Shown: piece by piece, positions 1 through 12,750 of the stretch
Layout of the letters: each line of letters starts with the position of its first letter
Position numbering within the stretch: the first letter of the stretch is position 1
Source: Chiloscyllium plagiosum
Taxonomy: Eukaryota
Length of the DNA: 64,000 nucleotides
NCBI RefSeq assembly: GCF_004010195.1
Contig: NC_057718.1
Span: 25,552,670-25,616,669 of the forward strand
Direction of reading: 5' to 3'
Notes under the pieces: generated by a model
Databases searched by the model: none
What the model saw: the letters and a program-made list of their open reading frames with translations, nothing else
Told to the model about the DNA's origin: nothing
Position numbers and translations under genes: made by a program

Positions 1-576
1 GAATGTATGTGGGGAGTTCCTGGACTAGGGGGGAATAGGACGGTGTCGAGGTAGGTATAGATGAGTTCAGTGGGGCAGGAGCATGCTGAGACAATGGGTC
101 GGCCAGGGTGGTCAGGCTTGTGGACTTTGGGAAGGAGGTAGAACTGGGCAGTGCGGGGTTCCCGGACTATGAGGTTGGAAGCTGTGGGTGGGAGATCTCC
201 TGAGGTGATGAGGTTCTGTATGGTCTGGGAGATGATGGTTTGGTGATGGGGGGTAGGGTCATGGTTGAGGGGCAGTAGGAAGAGATGTCCTCGAGTTGGC
301 GTTTGGCTTCAGCGGTGTAGAGGTCAGTGCGCCAGACTACTACTGCGCCCCCTTAATCTGCTGGCTTGATGGTGAGGTTGGGATTGGAGCAGAGGGATTG
401 GAGGGCTGCGCGTTGTGAGGGTGAGAGGTTGGAGTGGGGGAGGGGGTAGACAGGTTGAGATGGTTAATGTCCCAGCGGCAGTTGGAAATGAAGAGGTCGA
501 GGGCGGGTAGTAGGCCAGTACGGGGTGTCCAGGTGGATGCAGTGTGTTGGAGGTGGGCGAAGGGGTCCTCGGAAGG
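1..576 (-). mobile_element. Penelope-like retroelement, reverse transcriptase N-terminal fragment (decayed; runs off the window edge)
   Basis: Minus-strand translation gives LTIKPAD*GGAVVVWRTDLYTAEAKRQLED and FYLLPKVHKPDHPGRPIVSACSCPTELI. These match the PLE RT motifs IKPADKGG and LPKxHK..RPIVS. One in-frame stop is present. Confidence 0.9.
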
Positions 577-622
577 TGGGCCGAAGGGTCTGTTTCTGTG
601 CTGTAAATCACTATAATTCTAA
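577..622 (+). mobile_element. CR1/HE1 3' tail fragment
   Basis: tgggccgaagggtctgtttctgtgctgta...ctataattcta matches the 3' tail shared by the SINE and LINE copies elsewhere in the window. Confidence 0.7.
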
Positions 623-1469
623 TCCTGGGGGGAATGGGTGAAGAGCTCTCCTTCATTGGTATTCCATGGACCAGGGAGAAGCTCCCTGATGGGAATGGCT
701 ATTTTTAAGAGAACAGAGCCTACCCATCCCTCCTTGAGCCTGCTTGCCCTGTCCTAGCAGCCCTTAATCCACCTCAGTTCTCCAAACATGCCCAACTTGG
801 AGCTGCAGCCTCAGGGATTGCTTCAGAATTGGATCATCTTCAAGCCAACTATCGCACGTAATTGGATGGTAGTTTCTCTCCTTTTTCTCCCAGTAACTGA
901 CCTTTTAAGCCATCTAGGTTTTGAAACAAAGTTGGGACATGAGAGCTCACAATAACGTAGGCATCATGGTAGCTTCCAGGATATCTGGCACAGTCTTCTC
1001 AGATGTGGTTCTATTGATCACAGATGACTTGTATATTGATGGAATGGAACCTTTTTTTGTTGATTAAAATTGCTGCATTATCATATGGAGCTCTCAAAAT
1101 GCTGTCCAAACAGTCTTTGGCACCCTGCGTCTGCGGAGTGCAGACTCTGTTCGCAAAATCTCCTGCTCAGGCCTCAGCACAGGGAAATGAGATGAAGTGA
1201 TGCGATCCGGCACACATTGTGTCAGGACCAGCTTGGAAACATTTGAAGATCAAGGGATCTTACACAGGTCCCCAGTGGATCTTTGGAAGCTGGCAGTTGT
1301 ATAAAGATTTAGAGCAGCTGTCACTGTGATGGTCACTGGGATAAGATGGCCAACCTCTCCTTCTGGTTATCTGTCTCACTCTCACACAGACATCATTCTG
1401 TGATGGTGCCCTGGGACATGCGCAGTCTGCTCTAGTGATGTGGAGGAAATGATTCACTCTGGGTCTCCT

Positions 1470-1622
1470 GTTTTTCTCCGACAATGAACACCATCCTGCT
1501 TTAACCCATGTCTTCCAATGCACTGTTGTCTCCCAGCCTTGTGTGTTGGGTTGCCTCCCTTTGCAATTGTGGTCTCCTCTGCAGCCCAAGATGCTACCTC
1601 CAATCCTAGCAATTAACTTCCT
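1470..1622. repeat. 153-bp local direct repeat, copy 1 (copy 2 at 2383-2535)
   Basis: The two copies align without gaps from gtttttctcc to aattaacttcct, with scattered substitutions. Confidence 0.95.
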
Positions 1623-2382
1623 CACTGCATTCTGAGGAGACCCTCAGCTGGGACTGCTTCATGTGGAGGCTGCTTGGTAGCTGCTCTGTTATTCCTCTTT
1701 GCAGCAGTGATGACCATTGGTCATGGTTCTAATGAATCAGCATGGGGAATATCAGAGCTAGAACAGGTTCTGAGTGATGTGAACTGTCAACATTCACATC
1801 ACAAATAAGTAATGATTTAGCATTGTCACCTGTGATTATTTCTGCTTCACAGACATGACCATGATCAATCTGTAGTGACCAGTGACCTGGTGAAGATGGT
1901 TATGCCTGGAATTTGTACCTCACATTGTTGGTTACTGCGTGCATTTCCCATTCAGGGTACAATGATTACAAATGTCTTCTACCTGTACTGTAAGTATCTG
2001 ATGAATAAATTGCTTCCTGAAGGGCATCATATTGCTCACAAGTAGAGCCCACGAGCTCAGACAATCAAAAACACTCCATATATGGTCACAGCCATTTGAC
2101 ATTTCTGACGTGCATTTACAATTCTGATGAGGATGGACAGCGACACAGGTCATGCTCCATACAGTCAGTCACAGGCTCAGCCTGGTAACCAAGGGCACTT
2201 CCCCAAACCTTCAGGTTCCTATTTTCCTTGCACTCTCTGATGAGTCCATCAGGACTGAGCTTCTACATGTTTCTCTCCAACTCCTCCATTTAAGCCTTCA
2301 TCATCCAATGCTACTGAGCCTTGGCCCAATTGCTTAATCATGCCAACATGTTGCACTCTCCCCCCATTGAAGCCAGGGTGGT

Positions 2383-2535
2383 GTTTTTCTCCAACAATGA
2401 ACGCCATCCTGCTTTAACCCATGTCCTCCAATGCACTGTTGACTCCCAGGCTTGTGTGTTGAATTGCCTCCCTTTGCAATTGTGGTCTCTTCTGCAGCCC
2501 AGGATGCTACCTCCAATCCCAGCAATTAACTTCCT
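2383..2535. repeat. 153-bp local direct repeat, copy 2
   Basis: Aligns with 1470-1622 at an offset of 913 bp. Confidence 0.95.
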
Positions 2536-2879
2536 TAGCTTCCCTTCCAAGGTAGTAACCCCCTGATAAAACCCCTTGGCATTCTGGGAGCACACACCCA
2601 AGGCTGACTGTGGCCCACCCACTGACCAATTGGATGGACCCCTTACTGAACTCTGTGCAGTTCCCTGACTGACTTATGTGAATTCCTGATTCACTGCAGC
2701 CCACTCGCTAGACTGTAGTGATATAGAAGCCCTGACCCCGACCACCCCAAGTGGCAATTGACCATGTCCGAGCTCCTGAACTGAGATTAGATGCTGCCTT
2801 TGACTGATTATGGCCTGACCCCTGACTGACTACAGTCGTACTTGACTTGAAGAAGAACTACTTTCTTTAGACTTTGAGA

Positions 2880-3330
2880 CATGGCCATTTGTCTGTAGCA
2901 CATATTGTGAGTTTGTCTTGCAAGCTGGTGTAGGTGTGATATTGACATGCTGTACATCAACATGTCTACCTCTTGACTGATAACTGCTGATGACTTTGAA
3001 ATGTTACCTGGCTTTGTGTCTGCACTACGTGCAACACACCACAGCAGCACTAAGTTCTGAATGAGGAGGCATAGCACAACAAGGCAAGGCAGAGATGTTG
3101 TGTATATTGAAGTCGGCACAAAGTGAGTATTAAGAAGGCAAGTGAAGAACCCTGAGGTACAGCATTCTCTGATACATGAGCATGGTGCCTGTCCCAGCAT
3201 GCAAAAGTGGCCTGGCAGCAGAATTATAATGCAAGATGTCAGTGTGCTCCAAAGCTCAGTACTAAAGTGAAAAACATTGAGTTGGAGATGTAGCTTGATG
3301 ATGTGATGAGGCTGATGCATATCCAATACC
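2880..3330 (+). mobile_element. Possible highly degenerate PIF/Harbinger transposase fossil
   Basis: Frameshifted motif remnants occur in the expected order: gccatttgtctgtagcacatatt (~AIDCTHI, 2884), aagctggtg..tgtgat (~QLVCD), TWL (~3006), RRHSTTR (3064-3084), then SRII..VL followed by an acidic stretch. Confidence 0.4.
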
Positions 3331-4030
3331 AATCTCTGTGGGCAGGGCTGCTCGTGGTTGCTACCCATGGAGGAAGCCTTGAAAAATTGGGGACGGCTTC
3401 CTAAGATGAAGGCTCAGAGGAGCAAGTGATGAGTTGGAGTCCCAGGTATCTGCTTTGAATTTTATGTTGGAAATTGCAACCACTCTCTCCAGAATGAGGG
3501 AGACAGCAAATTGCTCACAAATGAGGCAAGGTTAGGTACTATAGCCATGCAGATAATTTCTTGCCACTCACTAGCAAAGTTATCCTCTTGTTGATCAAAC
3601 CTTGGGTGGGCAATTGGACTTTTCTTACAGTTAAGGATCTCATTTTTCCAATCAAGCCATATTTTCCAAACATTGCTCACTTTGTTCAGGGGCAGGAAAA
3701 ATTCAGCCAAATGTGTTGCAGAGTATGTAATCCTGTTCCTCTCTGATGCATGAATAAACTCATCAACGAACTTAGAACACATTTACTTGGAGGTGTTTAG
3801 GCTGCTGACACACTGCTCTGTCACTACGGCATGTGTCTTGAAGACTGCAGTGCAATTTGGAGATGCCCAAAATCTGGCATGCTGTTTTCAAAGTGTGCCC
3901 CTGTCTAAGCCACCTTCCCCACCCATACAAGGATGTTAGAAAGTCCAGCACTCAGTGGTAAACATCAGGTGACTTTCCCTCCTGTAGTCCATTGTTGCTG
4001 AAGCCATGTTGTGGAACCCTTGGCTTTATT

Positions 4031-4123
4031 TTTTTTTGAAACCCCCACACTACCGCCTAACTGCGGTAGTGCTTATTTTTCCACAGCACCCATGTGTGTG
4101 TGCAGGTGTGAGACACAGTGAAA
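4031..4123 (-). mobile_element. 5'-truncated poly(A)-tailed non-LTR retro-insertion (L1/Tx1-like 3' end) with 16-bp TSD
   Basis: TSD aacccttggctttatt (4015-4030) / aactcttggctttatt (4124-4139). A poly-T run lies at the left end and a perfect 9-bp hairpin at 4048-4071. Confidence 0.8.
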
Positions 4124-5081
4124 AACTCTTGGCTTTATTCAGTTGGGTAACTATTACCATCAATTAAATTTAGCATTTCTTGATTGGTGCAGCTTAATAC
4201 TCAATTATTCCTGAAATAGAACTCCAACTGCGCACCAATTAAAAATATATCATTTGTATTTATTAATATTTTATTTATTCGTTGATCCATTTGAATGATT
4301 TGTTATTTAATATGTTAAACATCACTTAGTGATTTAGCATGTGAATTGTCAATACCCAAATACAGATAGATTTTCTTCTCATCTTGATGGTACTTTGAAA
4401 ATATCTATTGCATGTACTATAATGCATACATTTCAGGACAACAGAAAAGAAGGACTTAATTTAATCATTGCTAAGCGAATCAAATAGCTACTATTGTCCA
4501 TATGCTTGCAAAGAATCTGTTATTTCACTTTGTCACTTGACCTTACTTTCTGCGACTCCATTTATGAATGTTGCATCCTGGCTAGGGTTACTTGAAAATA
4601 ATTTGCTCACATCAGCCCCAATGGTGGTTATGGTCTTAGATGTAGCTGCGCACAAAAATGTAGCATTTGGATTTGAGTTGGATTAAGGACAATCAATCTA
4701 AATCAAAAACTATTCTTTGCCAGTGCATTTGAAATAAATTACAAGTCTACCATCCTCCTCTTATTTTTCAAATACAAACATCATTCGTACAATTTACAGT
4801 TAACTAACACACAGAGATGAAGAACATATTACAATTGCAGTGAATATTGTAACCAAAAAGATAGCCATTTGAAGCAGCAAGGTCCATGTGATTAGTAAAT
4901 ATTTGAAAAATGGAAGACCATAGTTTCTGGAAAAAGTCATCAAATATCTCCATCACACTGTTGTTTAGAGTCCATGGAAAAGCTTATTTTTTTCACAGCT
5001 GATCTATCTCCCACCATTCCTTGTTTCTTTATTCAATCAATTCTCAACTTTGTTGCTCTTAACGAGGCCCTCTTAGCAAGA

Positions 5082-5394
5082 GGGTAGCACCTTGGCTCTG
5101 TGGTTAACACAGCTATCTCACAATGCCAGGGTCCCAGGTTCAATTCCTCCATCTGGCTGTGTGGAGTCTGCACATTCTTCCCATGATGAGCTTCCTCCCA
5201 CAGTCTAAAGATGTGCAGATTAGATGGGTTGACTATGCTAAATTGTTTGTAGTATCCAGGGACGTGAAGGCTATGTGGATTAGCTATGGGAAATGTAGGT
5301 CTACGGGAATGGGGTCGGGTTGGGTGCTCTTCAGAGGGTCAGCATGGGCTATTGGCTGAATGGCCTGTTTCTAAATTGGAATATATCTATGATT
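5082..5394 (+). mobile_element. HE1-like tRNA-derived V-SINE (old copy)
   Basis: A-box-like tggctctgtgg, B-box ggttcaattcc, central tgtgtggagtctgcacattct..gatgtgcag, and a CR1-type tail. Confidence 0.85.
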
Positions 5395-7872
5395 AATTCC
5401 TTATGTTCATAGCTGCAATGGAGTCTCCAGTTCCCTTCTAAATAGTCTGCTCTGCTCAGTCCCTCTTCTCACTGAATATTTGCAAGCATGAAAGTCAGCC
5501 CTCACCACTTTGCCTTCTTCTCTAAGCTGTTCTTTTTCAGGACCTCTTGGTCTATTCGATCTTGGTTACACTTTGTGATGTCATCCTGTATGTCTCACTT
5601 GGATAACCTCAGTTACAAAAGGAATGGTACTAACAGGATGGGAATAAGCCACAAGAAATGAGGCGAGTGAATGCCAAAGATACCTTTCTACATGAAAAGA
5701 GGCTGCATCAGAAAGCAAATGACTGCCTGGTCAGAATATCCACATCTCAGCAAGAAGTTTAGGAAGGAAAGTTATGAATTTGAAGTAAAAGCTTTCTTAC
5801 TTTGAATCTTTAAAAGAATGAGGTCAGCTCATCCTGTAGCGTGAGCAACCTGATGTAAAGTTTCTGTGATGGGAAACAGAAATGCACAAGAACGTTTATA
5901 TGTGTTTGTCTCACTTGTTTTGACCTGCCAAGGCATGTTAAATATTGAATAGCTATGGGCTGCACATGTGGGTTTGATTTCAGCAGTATTTTGACAGGAA
6001 AATATCACGACAAAACAACTAAATTCTAGCACATTGATCACGAATGCATAACTGCAGCTGCTCTAAAAATAATGTCTTGTACAAAGTAGGCAGGCGCTAT
6101 AAGGAATGAAATTGGTATTCAACAATGGTGCAAAATAGATGATAGTGAATTATCATTCTATGTTACATCCTGCCCCAAACCTCCTTCTGTTGCTCTCAAT
6201 GGACAGACAAGTTATAACAGTGTGTAAAACAGATTAAATTTTGTGTGATTATCACAGAGCTAATTTCACCTTGATATCAAGAAACTTTATCTTTCATTGT
6301 TTACTAATGTCTAGAACTACTGTTGGCAATTTCCTGCAACTGTCTAGTTTCCCAGTTTCCTCACCCAAAGCAGTTGATTCTTGCTGGGGTGTTTTGCCAT
6401 GGGTGACAGTCATGTAGCTATGCTCATGTCTCAACATAGTCACTACCATCAGTCAAATTAGATTTGCATAGAAAATCACTGCCAATGGGCAACTTAGCCC
6501 TATTATGCTTCTGTCCAAATTTTACAAATAAACCCAACAAAGTGATTATGAGTCAGAACTTTGATTTTCCCCAAGTCAATCCTGACTGAGCCTTGATTCT
6601 CGACCATATACACTGCATCAGGGGTCAAACTTGGGATTTTCACATGGTTAATATGCTTCAGTACCATGGACAGAGTAACATTAAACTGAGGTAGCATTCA
6701 AGAATTCACAGAATATGATTGGAGTGAGTCTTAGCTAAAAGAAAACTGCAGATTAATATGTGTGACCTATCATAGGACTTATATGTATCTCTGTATTTGT
6801 ATAATAACAAATAGGAGCTGGAGTGGGCATTCCAGCCCTTGAGCCTACCCTGCCATCTACTAAATATTCTATGTTAATTCCAATTTGCCACTCTATTCCC
6901 CAAGTGTCCAAAAACCTTTCGGTCTCAGAGGTGAATGTACTCAATGATTGCCCTCTGAAATAGACCATTCTAATGGAATAGCACTTAATGCATGCAAAAT
7001 TTTTGACTTTCAAATGCAGATGCATCCATTAGTTTGTATATTTCATCACAATTCGATCTGTTGATCTTACAGTGCCAAATCAATTTACATATTTATCTGA
7101 CAATTCTGGACAGCAGGATATTTGAAAGGTAGTTACTAAAACCACAATGACAAGATCAAAAAAGATCCAATGTTCTTTATCTTTTCCCTACTTTTATACA
7201 TTTTGTTCCTTATTTTCTTTATAAACAGTAGCTCGCAGATAAATGTAAATTTATTTAAATAGAAATTCACCAGAGGATTGCAATAGAAGAACTTGTTCAA
7301 CATTTATACCAATGTAGATTGCCTACTTGCATAATGTAAAAACCATATTATAAAAATCTAATTTAAGTGGAGTAGGTGCCAGCCAGTTATAATGGCTTTG
7401 CTCAGAAATGCAGCTGCATAGAATATACTTTACTTGGCAAACAGTGGCCTTTGTACTCTGCAAGTGCTGATTGTTTGAAAAGTCAGAATTTTGAAGACCT
7501 GGCGCCGTATTTTCAACTCCTCACTTGTGCTATGTCCAGATCCTTCTAATTACTTTGCCCTGTCCAGTCTCTTTGCTGATGGAAGGGTGGGAGACTATGG
7601 GCAACATTGCAGCTTTTGAAAAGTCTCTTCACTGGGTACCAAAAAAGACCTAAAGAATGTGGAGAGTAAGTGTGAACTCTCTTGAAAGATCTTTGAACTG
7701 CAACATTTACTGAATTTTATTGGGCTCCCAAAGAATGCTGGGAAGTGGAGGAAGAAGCTAAATAGCAGGGAACCACATTAGAATAGTGAACCATGGAGGT
7801 ATTTTTCCAGACCGGGGACTGGATGTAGACTAGCTGCCTGCTTCAAGGAATCATGCACTGTGCAGCATAACT

Positions 7873-8200
7873 GGGCAGCAAGGTGGCTTGATGGTTAGCA
7901 CTGCTGCCTTGCCATGCTAGGGATTCAGATTTGAATGTAGCCTTGGGTGACTGTGTGGAATTTGCACAGTTTTCCCATGTCTATGTGCGGTATTTTTGGG
8001 TGCTCTGGTTTCCTCCTACAGTCCAAAGCTTAGGTGGATTGACCAAGCCAAATTTCCCCATAATGTGCAGGCTAGGTTGGATAGTCATGGAAAGTGCAAG
8101 GTTAAGATGGTAGTGTGAGTCTGGGTGGGATGCTTTTTGGAGGATCGGTGTAGACTCGATGGGCCAAATGGCCTGCTTCTGCACTGTAGGAATTCAACGA
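7873..8200 (+). mobile_element. HE1-like SINE (old copy)
   Basis: Head ggtggcttgatggttagcactgctgcc, central domain, and tail gatgggccaaatggcctgcttctgcactgtagg. Confidence 0.85.
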
Positions 8201-8493
8201 TAACTAAAGAGCCCATGAAACATCATTTTACTGAGCCATGGTAACTTGTTGTCAGCAGGAGTCATGCCCTCCCCCTCCCCTGGCTGTTTGGGTATGATTG
8301 CCAGTTCAATGAAAGTGGCTACTTTGCAATAGGAGGAGAGCCCGAGGCTCAGTAGACACAGGATGGTCCACAGACCAGGAAGGCATTCCCCATGGCCCCA
8401 ACACTCCCTCCGGGCATTTTCCCAATGGAGCCTCAATGCAATTAATCTCTAATGTCTTTATGAACTTATCTACTGCAGTCTGCAGGTATTCCT

Positions 8494-8668
8494 CCTGCTG
8501 GAGAATGCTGGTCTTCCTCCTCCTGGAGGCTGCTGGTCTCTCACTTGCTGGAAGCTGCTGGTCTTCCTCCTCATGGAGGCTGGTCTCCCACCTGCTGGAG
8601 GTTGCTGGTCTCCTACCTGATGGAGGGCTGGTCTCTCGCCTGCTGGAGGCTGCTGATCTCTCACCTGC
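8494..8668. repeat. Minisatellite, 7 units of 22-25 bp (consensus cctgctggaggctgctggtctctca)
   Basis: Units read directly from the sequence. They are contiguous, with no unique spacers. Confidence 0.9.
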
Positions 8669-10364
8669 CTCAGTAGCGTCCACAGGTCCAGGTTGCTCTG
8701 CTGAGCCCCTAGAATGACTGACCCTGTGATTGGGCTGAGGGCTCCGAGAGCACCCATTGTCCTTCACTGGAGAGCTGGCCTTTGCCCAGGTGGCCAGTTA
8801 TGATGCTCCCTGCAGTATCCCTGAGGCAGCCCCACTGACAGCAGCCACTGGCTCAGGGCACATCCTTTGCTGCAATATCAGGGTCCTGATCCCTGCAGCG
8901 AAATTCAGGACCTTTAACTCGGTCTCTGTTTTCAAAGATGCTGCCTGATTTGTTGAGCATTCTTTATTTTTATTTCTGATTTCCAGAATTGATTTTGTGG
9001 AAGAGTTAGCATGGCATTGACAGGCCAGACAGTGGGAGACGATCATCTTCACTATGTGGTATTATAGTCATCAAGCTACTTTGGAGGAAGGGTACAAGTA
9101 TTAAGCAGACACCTTGACTCAGTGTTAGCCCAGCCTCACCATCTCAGATGCCTCTCATTCTGGATGGCCTTGTTATCTCACGGATTGAAAACTGAGAGTT
9201 TGGATGCAAGCTAATGCTCTCCTCAGTTTGAGTTTGTCCCCTGCCTTGTGAGACATTTTGTCTAGTACAGAATGGGGAGGGCTTTTCAATATCTGAGAGG
9301 CTGCTATAAAAGGACGTGCGTGTGTCTACAGCTCCTTTATATATTTTAACTGCTGAAAATGAGTAAAAGCAAGGGCTAGGCAGGTGGTCAATGGAGAGAA
9401 AATAGCTGGACTGTGAACTGAGGGAGTAGTCATCAGAGAATATTGTTCCATAATTGGTACCAGGTAAGAACAGAATGCTGCTCATAGCTGGTGTAAAGGC
9501 AGAATGTAATTGCTGAATATATGAATGGAGTGAGAAGGCAAGGATTGATTTGATTGGAATAGGATATGATGTAGGTGAATGAAACTGCTGTAGCGTAGGG
9601 GTTGGGGAGGTGTGCACAGGCTGTGAGAGAAAGTTTTTGAAAGTGCTCTTGCCAGACCCAGTGGAGGGAAATGGAGAGATTCACCCTTGCAAGTCTTATC
9701 AGAGCATTAAAGGATTTCTTCAGTGAAAGCAGATCCTTGGAATGACGTGCCGAAAACTCATATCTCTCCAGGCTTCCTGCAACAAAAAAAGATGAAAACA
9801 GGAGGTCCTTCCATTCCCTCTAGCTTGTAAAAAGAATCTCTGAGGGTTTGGCTTAGAGCTAGGGATTGGGATTTACTGTTAACAACTTTTACATTTCAGT
9901 TTCGACGGTGTGAATGCCTTTAAGAGATGTATTCACACATCGTAAATAGCCACCAGAAGAGCCACAAGTGGGTGGGCACGGATGAGCAAGCATCGCACTG
10001 AATCAATGCTAATAAGTTCTGACATTTAACATCTTCTAGGTCTTGCCCTCAGGCCTGCATTACACCCATCCTCCTACCAATGCCTCACTACTGCTCCTGT
10101 TTAAAATCTCACCCTGTGTTTCTTTCATTAATTCAATGCAATTTGTTTTTAATAACTGATGCCATGCACCAGCTTAATTATAAAAATGATTTCAACTGCA
10201 CAATATTAAATTCATGAAGGGATGAATTAATTCCAAAGTTAGCAATTTTATTATGTTATCTTAGTTCTGACAGAAAAAAAAACAAGCTAATTCAGGCATG
10301 ACTGAAGGATGAAAAAACAGAAAAGTGAGCATTTTGATTGTGCTATTTGCGACCACTGGATATC

Positions 10365-10680
10365 TTAAAGGTTTACAGCCAGTGAAGTGCAGTCACTGTT
10401 GTAATGTAGGAACTGCAGCAGCTGATATGCACACAACAAACCCTTGTAAACATGTTCATGCTGAAAAATCTGTTTGTTGTGCTGTTGAATAAGAGATAGG
10501 ATTTGGTCATGATGCCCCCTGTCCTTCCTCCCAAATATTGCCACGGGATTGTTTACATCCTCCTGAGTGAGCAGATAGTTTAACATTTCATCTAAAAACG
10601 TGTCAGATTCTTTAGCACAGTTGCCTCCTTCAGCAGTGCTTCAGGTATGTGCTGTGAGTTTTGTGTTCAAGTGCAAGGGC
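10365..10680 (-). mobile_element. Ancient DeuSINE/SacSINE1-like SINE remnant
   Basis: ttacagccagtgaagtgcagtcactgttgtaatgtaggaa...gccacgggattgtttacatcc...ctccttcagcagtgc. Related to 37726-38080; family assignment is from recall. Confidence 0.55.
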
Positions 10681-12489
10681 GGGGAAGGTGTGGTGCGCTT
10701 ATGATATGGTCTGACCCACATGGGTTACAGATCCAAGGTGTGCAGGGCAGGGAGACAGTCAGAGAAGTTTGAAGATCAGGGAATTGCAGCTTGGCAAATC
10801 AGACACAGCAGTTGAGGGAATGGCGTGTTGGTATTTTGTGGGGATGGGATCATGGTGGTTGGGGGGATAATCAATGGAGCTTGGTGGATTCCATTGAAGG
10901 TGAGGAGTGGTTGCGCAATCACTTTTGCTCCCCCTACCCACAAGCCATGTTGCAAAAGCACAAAATTCAGCCAGGCAGCTTCCTCAAAACATTTTAATGA
11001 CTGACCAACTCTCTGAGCACAAGCTCCAACTCATCCCCACCTCCCCCGCCTCCACTCAGCCTGTAAACCCTGAGTTAGTCCTGCCTTCACTAATACTATG
11101 AGATTATTTCTTTCTGACGTTTCCACTCTTGTATAGTTTCCAATCTGTCTCCTTTTCTGTTTCTGTCTTCATTGTTATTACGGGCTGGTTTTTGATAGCA
11201 CATTTCCATTTATTACCTCAGATGATCATTAGCTACTTCATTATTTAAATTGCTGGGGTAGGGAGAGATTTTTTTATGGCTCCCCATTTCATAGCTGACT
11301 GTGTTCTGGACACATTGACACATAAATAGCTGTGGTAGCTAATAATGTGTCCTTGTTTGAGAAAAGGACTTTGAATTTGTAAATGATTCAAATTCAATCT
11401 CTATTGCATTTGTTTTATATTGGAACATGGTTATCTGTGTTGCTGAAGACTTTCCTTTGTTTTTGCATTAATTGCAGTCTCTGCACATTTGCAGTTTCTC
11501 AAATCTGCCTGGTATTTGGCTTGAAATTCTGGAGGCTTTGGAGGGTGAAGAGTGAGTGGATTGTATTTGTTGGAGATTTAATTTGGAGCAAAACGTAGTT
11601 ATTTTGGGTTTTGTTTTTCATAAATAGCCACATAAATTTCAGTCACGTGTCTATCTTTTGCCAGGCACTCCCCCACTGCATATGAGGACTTCGAGTCCTT
11701 TAAGTGGAAGTGTTTTGGGAGTTGCTGAGCTCCTTCAGGAAGTAAGGCCCAGCACATGCCAATTGAGAACTATTATGAAGTCTACTGTGGTAAAGGCTCT
11801 GAAAAGCTTCCCAGCAAAGATTCTCAACCCGATAGATGTCTGCCTGTTATTGAATCAGAATGAAGAGTAATTGTTTTTACTTTGTTGGTTCACAACTGCC
11901 TCTTCTTTTCCCACCAGAGTGGAAGGGGTCTGTTTTGTTTGTCTGAACAGTTTTCAAATTTTGCAAAAGGAGGAAGACCTCTCAGCTACCATTAGCAGAG
12001 ATGGGTGCTGTTTCCTTCATCTCCATCCATGCCATAGAATTGCGCCACCTTCTGTGCAAAGATAACACAGCATCTCCCAGCTGTGAACCACTTGTAATTC
12101 TTACAGATATTAGTGTCCATAGATCATTACCTTCTTTCGGGATTGATCAATGTATAGTCTTTAGAGGTGGAAATATAGGGTTCAGTTCCATTGTGACTCT
12201 GCTTTCATTTCAAACAAGATTTTAAAGCTGAAATTTTGAAAACCTTGCAGTTTTCATCATCTTTTTGGGTAGGGTGCTGCTCAAGTCGAAAACATTCACC
12301 TCATCTTCTTTTTAGACCTTTCACCAGTGATAGTGAATCTGTGATCTTAAGTTAGTGACTCACTCACAAGAGGGAACAGTTTCTCTGCTCTATTAAAATC
12401 TCTCAACATCTTGAAAACTTCTGCTTTTAACTTTGTCTGTTCCAACGAGAATAGATGGAATAACTTTGAAAGATGCAGGGCTGCTCAAT

Positions 12490-12750
12490 TTAATCATTGG
12501 AAGGGACCCTATATTAATTGTTCCATTTGGTTGTGCCTTCAGCTACCTAAGTCTGGAATTCTTTCCCTAACTTTCTTTGCTTTTTCACATCTCTTTCCTC
12601 CCTTAAGACCCTCCTTTATAGTCTAACTCTATTCCCAAATTTCTGACCATCCACTCTAACATCAACATTTGTGCTCTAATGTCTTTTGTAACATTCCTGC
12701 CTTATGTGTTTAGTTGCATTAAGAAAACTACACATATACAACTTGGCCTA
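12490..12750 (+). mobile_element. Old L2-type LINE 3' end remnant
   Basis: gccttcagctacctaagtctggaattctttccc...ccttaagaccctcc resembles the L2 3' terminal region. Related, in opposite orientation, to 59445-59688. Confidence 0.45.

Noticed and set aside
2808..3368. 186-aa minus-strand ORF
   Set aside because: No recognisable domain. It is antisense to the putative Harbinger fossil.
3462..3782. 106-aa ORF as a coding exon
   Set aside because: No convincing family match or splice context.
8306..8767. Repetitive 153-aa ORF, or CRISPR-like array
   Set aside because: It is produced by a contiguous minisatellite. There are no unique spacers or cas genes, and the context is eukaryotic.
9144..9617. 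157-aa ORF and a TATAAAAG near 9305
   Set aside because: No protein similarity, and an isolated TATA match with no CpG island or downstream exon is insufficient.
11665..11741. Possible 77-bp exon (ttttgccag| ... gaa|gtaagg)
   Set aside because: The splice signals are plausible, but no frame gives a recognisable peptide and no partner exons were found. It needs RNA-seq.
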